From an uncultured Gemmatimonadales bacterium (GTDB taxonomy: Bacteria > Gemmatimonadota > Gemmatimonadetes > Gemmatimonadales > GWC2-71-9), in NCBI GenBank assembly GCA_963825055.1, contig CAWGSK010000013.1, forward strand, positions 1-64,000: a stretch of DNA of 64,000 nt, read 5' to 3'. Made by a program: the position numbers and the translations under genes. The notes below the pieces were generated by a model that was not told where the DNA came from, ran no database searches, and saw nothing but the letters and a program-made list of their open reading frames with translations. Below are positions 53,544 through 64,000 of the stretch, piece by piece. Position 1 is the first letter of the stretch. Every line of letters begins with the position of its first letter.

Positions 53544-54008
53544 CTAGGCCTTCTTGGCCGCCTTCTCCGGGGCCCCCGCCCCGCCCCAGAGGCCCGCCAG
53601 CTCGCCCTCACTGAAGAAGAACCCCACCTCGCGGACGGCATTCTCCAGGCTGTCCGAGGCATGGATGGCATTCCGTCCCTTCGACTCGGCGTAGAGCTTC
53701 CGGATGGTGCCCTCCGCCGCCTCCGCGGGGTCCGTCGCCCCGATCACCGTCCGGAGGTACTGGACCGCGTCATTCCGCTCGAGCGCCATCGGCAGGCAGG
53801 GCCCGCTGGTCATGAACGCGACCAGGTCGTCATAGAACGGCCGGCCCCGGTGCACCTCGTAGAACTGCTCGGCCTGGGGCCGGGTCAGTCGCATGAGCCG
53901 CCCCGCGCGCAGGACGAATCCCTCCTCCTGGAGGTGAGCGATGATCGCCCCGGCCTTGCCGGTTGCAATGGCGTCGGGCTTGATGATGGTGAGCGTCGTA
54001 ACGGCCAC
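53544..54008 (-). CDS. ndk: Nucleoside-diphosphate kinase
   Basis: IIKPDA, FMTSGP, GTIR, NAIHASDS. Confidence 0.97.
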   Translation of the reverse strand: MAVTTLTIIKPDAIATGKAGAIIAHLQEEGFVLRAGRLMRLTRPQAEQFYEVHRGRPFYDDLVAFMTSGPCLPMALERNDAVQYLRTVIGATDPAEAAEGTIRKLYAESKGRNAIHASDSLENAVREVGFFFSEGELAGLWGGAGAPEKAAKKA

Positions 54009-54073
54009 TAGGGTCCCCCGCGGCAGGGCCGCGTCTGGTGTTGTCGTCAGGTGCCGGCCGGGCCGGCATCCGC

Positions 54074-54946
54074 TCAGGCGCGGGCCTGGGCGAGCAGGTC
54101 CACCACGTCCACCGGGCGGCGCATCACGCGGATGCCGGCCGCCTCGAAGGCGTCGATCTTCTCCTCGGCCGTGCCCGAGCTGCCCGAGATGATGGCGCCG
54201 GCATGGCCCATCCGCCGCCCCTTGGGCGCCGTCTGGCCGGCGATGAACCCGACCACGGGCTTGGTGACATGGTCGCGGACGAAGGTCGCGGCCTGCTGTT
54301 CGTCCGTGCCGCCGATCTCGCCCAGCATCACGATGGCCTCGGTGTCCGGGTCGGCCTCGAAGGCCCGCAGGCAGTCGATGAAGTTGGTCCCGATAATCGG
54401 GTCGCCCCCGATGCCGACGCAGGTGCTCTGGCCGATGCCGTTCCTGGTAAGCTGGTTCACCACTTCGTAGGTGAGCGTCCCGCTGCGGGAGACCAGGCCG
54501 ACGTTGCCCGGCGCGCAGATGTTGCCGGGAATGATGCCGACCTTTGCGCTCCCCGGCGTAATCAGCCCCGGGCAGTTGGGGCCGATCAGCCGGGCACCCT
54601 TCTCCTTCAGGTACGGCATGACCCGGGTCATGTCGATCACGGGCACGCCCTCGCTGATGCAGACAATCAGGGAGATCCCGGCGTCGGCCGCCTCGTACAG
54701 CGCGCCCGCGGCCAGCGTGGCCGGAACGTAGATCACCGAGGTGTTGGCCCCCGTCTCCTCAACCGCCTCCGCCACTGTATTGAAGACCGGCACCGCCTTC
54801 TCGAACGTCTGTCCACCCTTCCCCGGCGTGACGCCCGCGACGACATTCGTGCCGTATTCCATCATCTGGCGCGTGTGGAACGACCCGTCCCGCCCGGTGA
54901 TCCCCTGGACCACGAGTCGCGTTTCCTTCCCGATGAAGATGCTCAC
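54074..54946 (-). CDS. sucD: Succinate--CoA ligase alpha subunit
   Basis: [26 protein letters not shown]. Confidence 0.97.
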   Translation of the reverse strand: MSIFIGKETRLVVQGITGRDGSFHTRQMMEYGTNVVAGVTPGKGGQTFEKAVPVFNTVAEAVEETGANTSVIYVPATLAAGALYEAADAGISLIVCISEGVPVIDMTRVMPYLKEKGARLIGPNCPGLITPGSAKVGIIPGNICAPGNVGLVSRSGTLTYEVVNQLTRNGIGQSTCVGIGGDPIIGTNFIDCLRAFEADPDTEAIVMLGEIGGTDEQQAATFVRDHVTKPVVGFIAGQTAPKGRRMGHAGAIISGSSGTAEEKIDAFEAAGIRVMRRPVDVVDLLAQARA

Positions 54947-56082
54947 GCCGCCTCCTTCGCCAGGCGGACCACCTGCTGGACCGCCTGGTCCATGTCGTTG
55001 AGGGCCGTCATCCCGATGCCCTCCAGGATCCTGATCGCCTCGGCCTCGTTGGTGCCGGTCAGGCGGACGACGATCGGCACCGGCACCTTGAAGGCATCCA
55101 GCGCCGCCACGATCCCGTTGGCCACGTCATCGGTGCGGGTGATGCCGCCGAAGATGTTGAAGAGGATGGCCTTCACGCTCGGGTCGGCAGTGATGATCTT
55201 GAGCGCCGACACGACCTTCTCGGGGTTTGAGCTCCCGCCGATGTCGAGGAAGTTGGCGGGATCGCCGCCGTAGTACTTGACCAGGTCCATCGTCGCCATG
55301 GCGAGGCCGGCGCCGTTCACCACGCACCCGACATTGCCGTCCAGCTTGATGAAGGTGAGGTTCGCGTTCCGCGCGGTCACCTCGCTGGGCTCCTCCGCCG
55401 TCTCGTCCCTGAGGGCCGCGAGGTCCGGGCGGCGCTCCAGCTCGTTGTCGTCGATCACGACCTTCGCGTCGAGCGCCAGCACCTCCCCCTCCGGCGTCGT
55501 GACGAGCGGGTTGATCTCGGCGAGCGATGCGCCGTTGCCGACGAACACCCGGTACAGCTGCTGCATGATCTTCGCCGTCGCCCGCACCTGCCTGATGTCC
55601 TGGAAGAGCGTGAAGGCCAGCGCCGTGGCCTGGTGCGGCAGGAGGCCGTAGCGCGGATCCACCGCCAGGCGCGTGATGCGCTCAGGGGTCTTCGCCGCCA
55701 CCTCCTCGATGTCCACGCCACCCGCGGCGCTCACCATGAATACCGGCCGCTGCGACTCCCGGTCCATGATGAGGCCGACATAGGCCTCGGTCGCGATGTT
55801 CATGGCCGGCACCACGAGGACACGGTGCACGGTGAGGCCCTTGATGGTCATCCCCAGGATCCGGCTCGCGTGTTCCCGCGCCTCCTCGGGCGTGTCCGCC
55901 AGCTTGACGCCGCCGGCCTTGCCCCGGCCGCCGGCATGCACCTGGGCCTTGACGACCACCGGCCCGCCGAGCCGTCGCGCCACGTCCGCGGCCGCGTCAG
56001 CGTCCGACACTACCTCGCCGTCGGGCATCGCGATGCCCGCGTCGCGGAAGAGCTGTCGACCCTGATATTCATGCAGATTCAC
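54943..56082 (-). CDS. sucC: Succinate--CoA ligase beta subunit
   Basis: [28 protein letters not shown]. Confidence 0.97.
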   Translation of the reverse strand: MNLHEYQGRQLFRDAGIAMPDGEVVSDADAAADVARRLGGPVVVKAQVHAGGRGKAGGVKLADTPEEAREHASRILGMTIKGLTVHRVLVVPAMNIATEAYVGLIMDRESQRPVFMVSAAGGVDIEEVAAKTPERITRLAVDPRYGLLPHQATALAFTLFQDIRQVRATAKIMQQLYRVFVGNGASLAEINPLVTTPEGEVLALDAKVVIDDNELERRPDLAALRDETAEEPSEVTARNANLTFIKLDGNVGCVVNGAGLAMATMDLVKYYGGDPANFLDIGGSSNPEKVVSALKIITADPSVKAILFNIFGGITRTDDVANGIVAALDAFKVPVPIVVRLTGTNEAEAIRILEGIGMTALNDMDQAVQQVVRLAKEAA

Positions 56083-57026
56083 GAATGCCTCGTAATCTCG
56101 GTTCCGGTTTCACCCCTGAGCGCGGCCGATCCCTCGGCCAGGTGGGCAATGACCGCGCGCCCACCCCCGCCCCGCACGAACGCCACCGCGGCCTCCACCT
56201 TCGGCCGCATGCCACCCTCGTCCAGCTCACCGGAGGCAAGGAGCCGCCCGGCTTCCTCCACGGACAACCGCCCGATCCGCTCCGCCGATGGCGTGCCGTA
56301 CCCGCGGTACACGCCGTCGACGTCGGTCAGGATGAGGAATACCTCCGCGTCCAGCGCGGTGGCCAGGATGGCGCCCGCCCGATCCTTGTCCACCACGGCA
56401 TCCACGCCCTCGAGCCCGAGGGCCGGGTCCCGGTACACCGGCGGCCCGCCCCCTCCTGCGGCGATGACGATCACGCCTTCCTCGACGAGCCGCCGCACCA
56501 GCCGGGCCTCGACGATGGCCTCGGGCCTGGGGCTCGACGCCATCCGCCGCCAGTTGCCCCGCGCATCGCGGGCGACCGGCATGCCCGCCGCCTGAAGCGC
56601 CCGTACCCGCGGCTCCGGGAGCGCGTGACCGATCGGCTTGGTCGGCGCCCGGAGTGCCGGGTCGGACTCGCTCACCAGCGTCTGCGTCACGAGTGTCACC
56701 ACCTCGCGGTCGATCCCGGCACGGACCAGCGCGTTCTGGAGCGACTGCTGGATCATGTAGCCGATCCAGCCGGCCGTCGCCGCCACCAGCACACCAAGCG
56801 GCAGCGGAGCCACCTCCGCCAGCGCGATCTCGTTGCGGGCGAGTGCATCGCCCACCTGGGGCCCGTTCCCGTGAACCAGGCCGACGTTCCACCCCTCGCG
56901 GATCAGATCGACAATCGAGCCGAGGCTCTCCCGGGTGTGCCGGAACTGATTGGCGATGGCAGCCGGTTCCCCGGCCCGGGCCAGGGCGTTTCCACCCAGC
57001 GCGACGATCGCGATCTTCGAGCTCAC
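56079..57026 (-). CDS. arcC: Carbamate kinase
   Basis: ALGGNAL, HGNGPQVG, PTKPIG, AVVDKD, GMRPK. Confidence 0.93.
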   Translation of the reverse strand: MSSKIAIVALGGNALARAGEPAAIANQFRHTRESLGSIVDLIREGWNVGLVHGNGPQVGDALARNEIALAEVAPLPLGVLVAATAGWIGYMIQQSLQNALVRAGIDREVVTLVTQTLVSESDPALRAPTKPIGHALPEPRVRALQAAGMPVARDARGNWRRMASSPRPEAIVEARLVRRLVEEGVIVIAAGGGGPPVYRDPALGLEGVDAVVDKDRAGAILATALDAEVFLILTDVDGVYRGYGTPSAERIGRLSVEEAGRLLASGELDEGGMRPKVEAAVAFVRGGGGRAVIAHLAEGSAALRGETGTEITRHS

Positions 57027-57087
57027 CAGGACGGCCCCGTTTGCAGGCGTGTGAACCTAGCCGATGCGCTAAAGGGAAGCAAGCGCG

Positions 57088-59550
57088 TTACTTAGGCGGG
57101 GTCGGAGGCGGCACGCTGTCGTCCGGCCGCGCCAGGTCCAGGACCTCCCGGAGGCCTTCGAATGCCCGGGCGAAACCGATCCAGTCCCCCCGCCGGAGCG
57201 CGCTGTCGGCGCGGGCCATGTAGCGACGCGCCTCCTCGATCTCCCGGGTGGGCCCGCCGGGCAGGATCGGCACGGTGACCCCTTCCAGGTTGCGCCACGC
57301 TTCCTCCGGCCCGTGTCCGGCCCCCATCCGGTCGCCCAGCGCCAGGCTCATCCAGACGAGGTGCACCGTTCCCTCCGGGCCGGCCGCGAACTCCGACCGG
57401 TAGGCCCCCGCACCGGTACCATCGATCCACACCTGCACCGGTCCGTCGTCCAGCCGGGCCCCGGCAACGCGGAGGGAATCCCGGAGTTGCTCGTAGGTCG
57501 GGAACCGGCGCCAGCGCCGGTCCAGTACGGCCGGGGACGAGACGCTGCCGGCCACGGTGAGGCGGGTGATGGTCACGACCTGCCGGCCGTCCCGCATCCG
57601 CGCCTCGACCACGGAGGTCAGGCGCCGCTCTCCCGGATCCTCGTACGCGGCCACCCGGCGTTCCCCGGCGTCCGGGCCCCACGCGCGGTCCCCCACCCGC
57701 ACGTCCCGACCGGTGGAAGACCCGGTGCCCACGCGGCGTCCGTCCACCCAGTGATCCCGCTCCATCAGCTGGGCCTGCACGTCGAACAGGGCATTGGGGT
57801 ACGGCAGAACATCCTCGACCGAACGTGGCATCGCGGAGGCCGGCTCGACGACGCCCCCGGTGATGTCGGACCAGGCCAGGGCAAGCGGATCGGCATTGCG
57901 CCGGAGATACAGGTGCGTCTCGCCCGATTCCGCCGAGATGACGCCGGTCACGGCCGGATGAACCGAGGCCACGCGCCGGCCTTGCCATGGCATCCGGTCC
58001 ACCAGCGGGAAGGTGCGGGTCGTGAGGTAGCCGGTCGCCACCCAGGTGACGTCCCCGTCCACCATGTGGAGTGTCGGGGAGTCCCAGGTGACCCAGGGCG
58101 CGATCGCCGCGAGGCGTTCGCCCGGGCCGAGGTGCCACTCGAGGTGCGCGTTCGGCGTCGTCCGCCCCAGCAGTTCCCCCGCCTGGCGGGCCCAGGCGAG
58201 CACGAGCCGGCGCACCGGACCGCCGATGCGCACGCCCCGGTCGTCGCTCCCGATGCGGTAGGCTGGTGCCAGGGGTCGGATGACGGAGGGAGAGAGCGAC
58301 AGGAAACCGCGCAGCCCCGGGTACGGGACCGAGTCACCGGGCTGGTAGGTGAGTGGCAGGCCCCTGACGCTGGTGCGGTCATCCGCGATGGCAACCAGCG
58401 TGGGGTTGCCCGACGGGTGGTCCCGGAGGAGGAACCAGACCGGAAGCCGGCGGCCTCCCACCCGCAGCTCGCCGGGGTTCAGGGCGAGGACGCTTCCCGA
58501 ATCCGCGCCGGCCAGGCTGGCCACGGCGGAAGGATGCCAGAGCGCGGGATGCCTCGGGGGCGCCACGCCGCCATCGCCGCGGAACGTGGTGTCCACGACG
58601 CCCGCGAGCGAATACGCCAGCGATTCGTACGTGCGCCGTTCCTCCTGCGTGAGCGCCGGCTGCACGACGTCCGTCCGCAGCGCCGGCAGGATGTAGTGCC
58701 CGGTCAGCGACGCGAACATGAGCACGATCCAGCCGGCAACCAGCAGCGTGTGCCGGGGTTGCCAGGCCCACACTGCGGCGATCATCGCCGCGGCCAGCGC
58801 GGTGCCGGTGAGGATCCGGGCAATGAGGAATCGCAGGTCGGCCCCTCCGCCCACGCCGCCTTTCAGCCCGGCGACGATCTCGGGAGACTCCAGCGCGTAT
58901 CCCCAGGCGAGCGTGAGCGCAAAGGCGGCCAGCAGCCATCCCAGGTGGCGCCGCGCGTGGTCACTGATGGCCGGGTGGCCGCGCTGCCACCGCAGCGCGC
59001 CGATCAGGGCATAGAGCAGGAGGACCGTGGACAGGCCGAGCAGGATGAGGAGGAACGCGAAGCTGTGCAGCTCGCGCCAGAGCGGGAGCTGGGCGACGTA
59101 GCGCCCGATATCATTGCCGAGGAGCGGCTCCGTGACGCCCCAGGAGACGCCGTGCCACGCGAGGAGCGCGTCGTCCCACCAGCCCGCACCGCCCGCCCCC
59201 GTCATGACGCCGAGCAGGATTCCGGCGCCGAGCGTTCCCATGACCAGGGCACGGGGCGTGAGCGCCTCGCGGATCTCGAGGTTCGCCACCGTACGGGGCA
59301 CCTGCACCGAGCCGACGGTGCGGTACACGAAGAGATAGTTGCCGGTGAACCAGGCGCTGGCGACGAGAATGCCGGCACCCTCGAGGAAGAGCGCCAGGAG
59401 CCGCCTGCGTGTCAGGAAGTCGGCGGCGGGGAAGGAGACCTGCGCCGCCCACCATCGCTCGGCGAGGAGCGTCGTCACCTCCCGCCCCACGAAGAGCAGG
59501 AGGACCACGGCGGCAATCGCCAGCGCGATCCGCCACGTCCGGCGGCTCAT
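57088..59550 (-). CDS. UPF0182 family membrane protein
   Basis: N-terminal multi-TM region, EPLLGNDIGRYVAQLP, YPNALFDVQA, terminal ALRRGDWIGFA. Confidence 0.8.
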   Translation of the reverse strand: MSRRTWRIALAIAAVVLLLFVGREVTTLLAERWWAAQVSFPAADFLTRRRLLALFLEGAGILVASAWFTGNYLFVYRTVGSVQVPRTVANLEIREALTPRALVMGTLGAGILLGVMTGAGGAGWWDDALLAWHGVSWGVTEPLLGNDIGRYVAQLPLWRELHSFAFLLILLGLSTVLLLYALIGALRWQRGHPAISDHARRHLGWLLAAFALTLAWGYALESPEIVAGLKGGVGGGADLRFLIARILTGTALAAAMIAAVWAWQPRHTLLVAGWIVLMFASLTGHYILPALRTDVVQPALTQEERRTYESLAYSLAGVVDTTFRGDGGVAPPRHPALWHPSAVASLAGADSGSVLALNPGELRVGGRRLPVWFLLRDHPSGNPTLVAIADDRTSVRGLPLTYQPGDSVPYPGLRGFLSLSPSVIRPLAPAYRIGSDDRGVRIGGPVRRLVLAWARQAGELLGRTTPNAHLEWHLGPGERLAAIAPWVTWDSPTLHMVDGDVTWVATGYLTTRTFPLVDRMPWQGRRVASVHPAVTGVISAESGETHLYLRRNADPLALAWSDITGGVVEPASAMPRSVEDVLPYPNALFDVQAQLMERDHWVDGRRVGTGSSTGRDVRVGDRAWGPDAGERRVAAYEDPGERRLTSVVEARMRDGRQVVTITRLTVAGSVSSPAVLDRRWRRFPTYEQLRDSLRVAGARLDDGPVQVWIDGTGAGAYRSEFAAGPEGTVHLVWMSLALGDRMGAGHGPEEAWRNLEGVTVPILPGGPTREIEEARRYMARADSALRRGDWIGFARAFEGLREVLDLARPDDSVPPPTPPK

Positions 59551-59553
59551 GAC

Positions 59554-60933
59554 TCAGCCCGGCGTCCCATCCACCCCTTCCCCGGCGAGCCACGCGCGCA
59601 CCTCGCCCTCGTACGCGGCCAGCGCCCCGGCGCTGGTGGCCTCGAAGCGCATGACCAGGACAGGCTGCGTGTTGCTCGCCCGGAGCAGTCCCCACCCGTC
59701 CGCAAAGCTGATGCGCACGCCGTCGATCGTGTTGACCGGGTACCGCGCGGCGAAGTACGTCGCGGCGCGCTCCACGATGCCGAACTTGGTCTCCTCCGGA
59801 CAGGCCACCCGGATCTCGGGCGTGGCAACCGTCTCCGGCAGGTCCGCCAGCAGGCGCGCCAGGCCGCCCTCCTCGCGCGACACAATTTCCAGCAGGCGGG
59901 CCGCGGCGAACAGCGCGTCGTCGAAGCCGAAGTAGTCGCCGCCGAAGAACATGTGGCCGCTCATCTCGCCGGCCAGGGGCGCGCCGGTCTCGTGCATCTT
60001 CGCCTTGATGAGCGAGTGGCCGGTCTTCCACATGACCGGCACAGCGCCGGCCGCCTCCAGGGCGCGCGGCAGCACTTCGGAGCACTTCACGTCGAAGATG
60101 ACCGTGATGCCCTTCCCGAAGCGGCGCACGGCGTCGCGGCCGTACAGGACCAGCAGCTGGTCGCCGTAGATGATGCGCGCCGTCTCGTCCACCGCGCCGA
60201 TCCGGTCGCCGTCCCCGTCGAAGGCGATGCCCAGCTCGGCGCCCGTCCGGCGCACCGCTTCCTGGATGTCCCGCAGGTTCGCGGGGACGGTCGGGTCGGG
60301 ATGGTGGTTCGGGAAGGTTCCGTCAGACTCGCAGAACAGCGGCGTCACCTCCGCGCCGAGGGCCTGGAGCGTCTCGACCGCGATCAGGCTGGCCACCCCG
60401 TTGCCGCAATCCACCACCACCCTGACCGGCCGCGCGAGTGTGTGGCGTTTCACGATGGCGTCGCGATAGCGGCCGAGGACGGAATCGTCGCTCCGCTCGC
60501 GGCCCTGGCCGGCGTCCCACGACTCGGTGCTGATCATCTCCCAGAGCGACTGGATGTCGTCACCGTGGAGCGAGCTGCCGCCGGCCACCATCTTGAAGCC
60601 GTTGAACTCAGGGGGATTGTGCGAGCCGGTCACCTGCAGGCCGCCGTCGAGCTCGAGCGCGTGCACCGCGTAGTAGAGCGCCGGCGTCGGCACCATCCCG
60701 ATGTCCACGGCGGTCGCGCCGGCCTCGACGATCCCCGCGCGCACCCCCTCGGCAAGGGCGGGGCCGGACGGGCGGTTGTCCCGGCCGACCGCCAGCACCG
60801 GGTCGTGGCCGACGCGGGCCCGCGCGGCCGTGGCATAGGCCCGCCCGAGCGCCCGGGCGAGCCCGGGGGTCAGCTCGCGGTCGACGATGCCGCGTACGTC
60901 ATACTGCCGGAAGATGGAACGGGGGACCTGCAT
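59554..60933 (-). CDS. Phosphomannomutase/phosphoglucomutase
   Basis: FRQYDVRG, TGSHNP, DGDGDR, GEMSGH, RASNTQP. Confidence 0.95.
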   Translation of the reverse strand: MQVPRSIFRQYDVRGIVDRELTPGLARALGRAYATAARARVGHDPVLAVGRDNRPSGPALAEGVRAGIVEAGATAVDIGMVPTPALYYAVHALELDGGLQVTGSHNPPEFNGFKMVAGGSSLHGDDIQSLWEMISTESWDAGQGRERSDDSVLGRYRDAIVKRHTLARPVRVVVDCGNGVASLIAVETLQALGAEVTPLFCESDGTFPNHHPDPTVPANLRDIQEAVRRTGAELGIAFDGDGDRIGAVDETARIIYGDQLLVLYGRDAVRRFGKGITVIFDVKCSEVLPRALEAAGAVPVMWKTGHSLIKAKMHETGAPLAGEMSGHMFFGGDYFGFDDALFAAARLLEIVSREEGGLARLLADLPETVATPEIRVACPEETKFGIVERAATYFAARYPVNTIDGVRISFADGWGLLRASNTQPVLVMRFEATSAGALAAYEGEVRAWLAGEGVDGTPG

Positions 60934-60976
60934 GGCGACCTCGGGGCTCCGGGGGGAACGCGCGGGCTCGTCCCGC

Positions 60977-62471
60977 CTACCGGCCGGAGAGCAGCGCGTC
61001 GCGAAGGCTGGCAGCGCTCAGGCCGGCCATGTCGAGCATATGTGCCGGCCAGACCCCGTAGAGCAGGATCAGCACCACGCATACGCCCACCACGGCGGCA
61101 GCCAGGGAGGGCAGCCGCATGGCACGCGGCGCTTCGGGATCGCGCAGCGGGCGCATGTACATCGACATGATAACCGGCAGGTAGTAGCCCGCGCTCACGA
61201 CGCTGGTCAGGACGAGGGTGATGGCGAGGATGTACTGCCGCTCCACGACAATGGCGGAGAGGATGTACCACTTGCCGATGAAGCCAAGCGTGCCCGGGAA
61301 GCCGAGCAGCGACAGCATGCACACGGAGAGGGCAAACGCCATCCACGGGCGCTCCTGCGCGACACCGGCGATGTCGTCCAGGGTGACGTCGCGCTCGCCG
61401 TCCCGCCCGAGCCAGGCCAGGATGCCGAAGGCGGCCAGGGTGGTGAGCGAATAGGCGACGAGGTACAGCATCATGGCGCTGGTGCCCAGGAACGAGCCGG
61501 GCCAGATCGCGACCAGGAGGTACCCCGCATGGGCGACTGAACTGTATGCCAGCATCCGCTTGAGCGAGCGCTGCGACAGGGCCACCAGGTTCCCCAGGAT
61601 CATGGTGGCCATGGCGAGGATGCCGATCACCGGCTGCCACTTGTCCAGCGCGCCAGGGAACGCCTGGCCCAGGGTGCGCATGAGCGCCACGAACGCCGCC
61701 GCCTTGACGCCCGTTGCCATGAAACCGGTCACCGGCGTGGGCGAGCCGTCGTACACGTCGGGCGCCCACATGTGGAACGGCACGGCAGCCACCTTGAACC
61801 CGAACCCGATCAGCAGGAGCCCGAGACCCAGGCTTGCCATGATGGACATGCCGCCGTCGGTGAGTTGCGCGCCGATCAGGGTGAGGTTGGTGGTCCCGGT
61901 GACGCCGTAGACCAGGGCGATGCCGTAGAGCAGGAACCCGGAGGCGAAGGCGCCGATCAGGAAGTACTTGAGCGCGGCCTCCGAGGAGAACGCGTCCCGC
62001 CGGCGGAACCCGGCCAGCACGTAGACCGCCACGGACATGATCTCGAGTCCGAGGAACAGGATGATCAGGTCGGCCGCGCCGGCCATCAGCATCATGCCCA
62101 CCGTGGCGAACAGGACCAGGACGTGGTACTCCGGCGCGTGCATGCCCTCTCGCGGCAGGTACGACAGCGAGAGCAGGATCGTCGCGGTCGCCACCGCGAG
62201 GAAGATCAGGTCGGCCACGAGGCGGTAGGTGTCGAGCGCCATCATCTGCGGCACGCCGAGCACCGCGGCGCCACCAGCCCAGAACCAGACCACGACCGCC
62301 GCGGTGATCGCGAGGCCCGGGAGGGCCACCTTGCCCGCGCAGTGCGGCATCGGCCTCGGTGTCGTGGCGCCAGCTCGCGAGGAGAAGGACGACCAGCGCC
62401 CACGCGCTCAGGACGAGCTCGGGGGCCAGGATGGCCAGCAGGCCGCTGGGCGTTGCCGGGTCGAAGTTCAC
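60977..62471 (-). CDS. nuoN: NADH-quinone oxidoreductase subunit N (1-bp frameshift near 62340)
   Basis: EAALKYF, FKVAAVPFHMWAPDVYDG, KRMLAYSS; N-terminal LAPELVL in the adjacent frame. Confidence 0.93.
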
Positions 62472-64000
62472 GGACGGGCCTCCACGCGCGCGGGAGGCAG
62501 TGCCGCGGCGTCCGGGGTCAGGGACGGCTGGACGATCTCGAGGTAGCGCCGGGCGGCAGGCTCCATGCGGTCGAGCACGGGGCGCGGGTAGAGCCCCAGC
62601 CACACGATGCCGATCAGGAGCGGCACCAGGACCGCAACCTCGCGGAGGCTCAAGTCGGGCATGGTCTCGTTCTCAGGCTTGTCCAGGGCATTGAAGATGA
62701 TCCGCTGGAGCGCCCAGAGCAGGTAGGCGGCGGCAAAGATGACGCCGGTGGTTGCGATGCCGGTCGCCCACGGATGGCGCCCGAAGCTGCCAAGCAGGAC
62801 CAGGAACTCGCCCACGAACCCGTTCAGGCCCGGCAGGCCGATGGACGAGAGCGCCACGACGGCGAAGATCGCCGAGAGAAGCGGCACCACCCGGGCCACA
62901 CCGCCGTAGTCCTTGATGAGCCGCGTGTGCCGCCGCTCGTAGAGCATGCCGACCAGGAAGAACAGCGCGCCCGTGCTCAGGCCGTGCGCGATCATGATCA
63001 TCAGCGCGCCCTGGATGCTCTGGAGCGAGCTCGCCCAGATGCCGAGCATCACGAACCCGAGGTGGCTCACCGAACTGTATGCCACGAGCTTCTTCAGGTC
63101 CGGCTGCACCATCGCCACCAGGGCCCCGTAGATGATGCCGATCACCGCCAGGGTCACCACCAGCGCGGTCACGGCCGGGGAAAGCGCCACGCCGGGGAAG
63201 AACGGCAGGGCAAAACGCAGGAATCCGTACGTTCCCATCTTGAGCAGGACCCCGGCCAGCAGCACGGAGCCCGCCGTGGGTGCCTCGACGTGCGCGTCAG
63301 GCAGCCACGTGTGGAACGGGAAGACCGGCACCTTGATGGCGAAGGCGAGCGCGAAGGCGCCAAAGAGCCACGGCGCCGCGGTTCCCAGCAGCCCGGCGTT
63401 GCCGAGCAGGTGCTCATAGGCGAACGAGTACTCGCCGGTGGCCTTCCCCACCTGGATGACCATCCACAGGATCGCGACCAGCATGAGGAGCGAGCCCAGG
63501 AAGGTGTAGACGAAGAACTTGATTGCCGCGTACAGTTTCCGGGTGCCGCCCCAGATCCCGATGATGAAATACATCGGGATGAGCATGAGCTCCCAGAAGA
63601 CGTAGAACACGAACATGTCGAGCGCGAGAAAGACCCCGAGCACGCCGGTGGTCAGCAGCAGCAGGAGCGCATAGAAGCCGCGCTCGCGCTCCGTGATGTA
63701 CCGGTAGCTTCCGAGAACGCAGAGGGGGGTCAGGGCGGTGGTCAGCAGCACCATGAAAAGCGAGATGCCGTCCAGGCCGACGCGGTAGTAGATCCCCCAC
63801 TCGGGAATCCACGGTGCGCTGGCGACGAACTGCATGCCGCCGTCGGCAGGATTGAACGCCCACCAGAGCCCGGCCGAGAGGATGAACTCCAGCACCGCCA
63901 CCGCGAGCGCCACGTGCTTCGCGAGCCGCGAGGGCGCGAGCAGCACCGGTACCGCGCCGACCACGGGCAGCAGCAGGAGGACGTGGAGGATCCAGTCCGG
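62468..64000 (-). CDS. nuoM: NADH-quinone oxidoreductase subunit M (5' end outside the window)
   Basis: FYVFWE, HTWLPDAHVEAP, LLKMGTYG, AYSSVSH, GFVGEF. Confidence 0.95.
   Translation of the reverse strand, partial: PDWILHVLLLLPVVGAVPVLLAPSRLAKHVALAVAVLEFILSAGLWWAFNPADGGMQFVASAPWIPEWGIYYRVGLDGISLFMVLLTTALTPLCVLGSYRYITERERGFYALLLLLTTGVLGVFLALDMFVFYVFWELMLIPMYFIIGIWGGTRKLYAAIKFFVYTFLGSLLMLVAILWMVIQVGKATGEYSFAYEHLLGNAGLLGTAAPWLFGAFALAFAIKVPVFPFHTWLPDAHVEAPTAGSVLLAGVLLKMGTYGFLRFALPFFPGVALSPAVTALVVTLAVIGIIYGALVAMVQPDLKKLVAYSSVSHLGFVMLGIWASSLQSIQGALMIMIAHGLSTGALFFLVGMLYERRHTRLIKDYGGVARVVPLLSAIFAVVALSSIGLPGLNGFVGEFLVLLGSFGRHPWATGIATTGVIFAAAYLLWALQRIIFNALDKPENETMPDLSLREVAVLVPLLIGIVWLGLYPRPVLDRMEPAARRYLEIVQPSLTPDAAALPPARVEARP

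Noticed and set aside
57313..61170. 1285-aa plus-strand ORF (and similar long ORFs such as 41428-43815 and 9375-11540)
   Set aside because: Antisense shadows of real genes in high-GC DNA, with no recognisable motifs.

Overview
High-GC bacterial chromosome segment, most likely Gemmatimonadota (inferred from gene order and protein style, not from a search). It is dominated by minus-strand housekeeping operons: nuoMN, PMM/PGM, UPF0182, carbamate kinase, sucCD, ndk, DUF177-rpmF-plsX-fabHDG-acpP-fabF, tRNA-Ser(GGA), msrPQ, pyrRBC, rpsT, scpAB-rluB, a MoxR/DUF58/Bat operon, mutL-miaA-bshA-uppP-birA-coaX, groESL with two CIRCE operators, and serS-kinase-pcrA-gatCAB-AKR. Single-base frameshifts in gatB, coaX, rpsT, msrQ and nuoN look like long-read indel errors. 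The most unusual signal is non-coding. Many operon junctions carry stacks of short-period tandem repeats (7-, 8-, 9- and 15-mers of several sequence families), often arranged as inverted arms. They invade gene termini, supply stop codons and sit in-frame inside mutL and a signal peptide. At the left end, the gatB-to-AKR interval occurs twice in tandem as two diverged alleles, each with its own gatB 3' end and AKR 5' end. One allele carries repeat-delimited cargo genes. This suggests repeat-bounded exchangeable intergenic cassettes, or a haplotype-collapse artefact that reveals them. An accessory block at about 17.9-23.5 kb encodes a PHM-like copper monooxygenase, a DUF1207 barrel and a beta-barrel/NlpC-P60 fusion.
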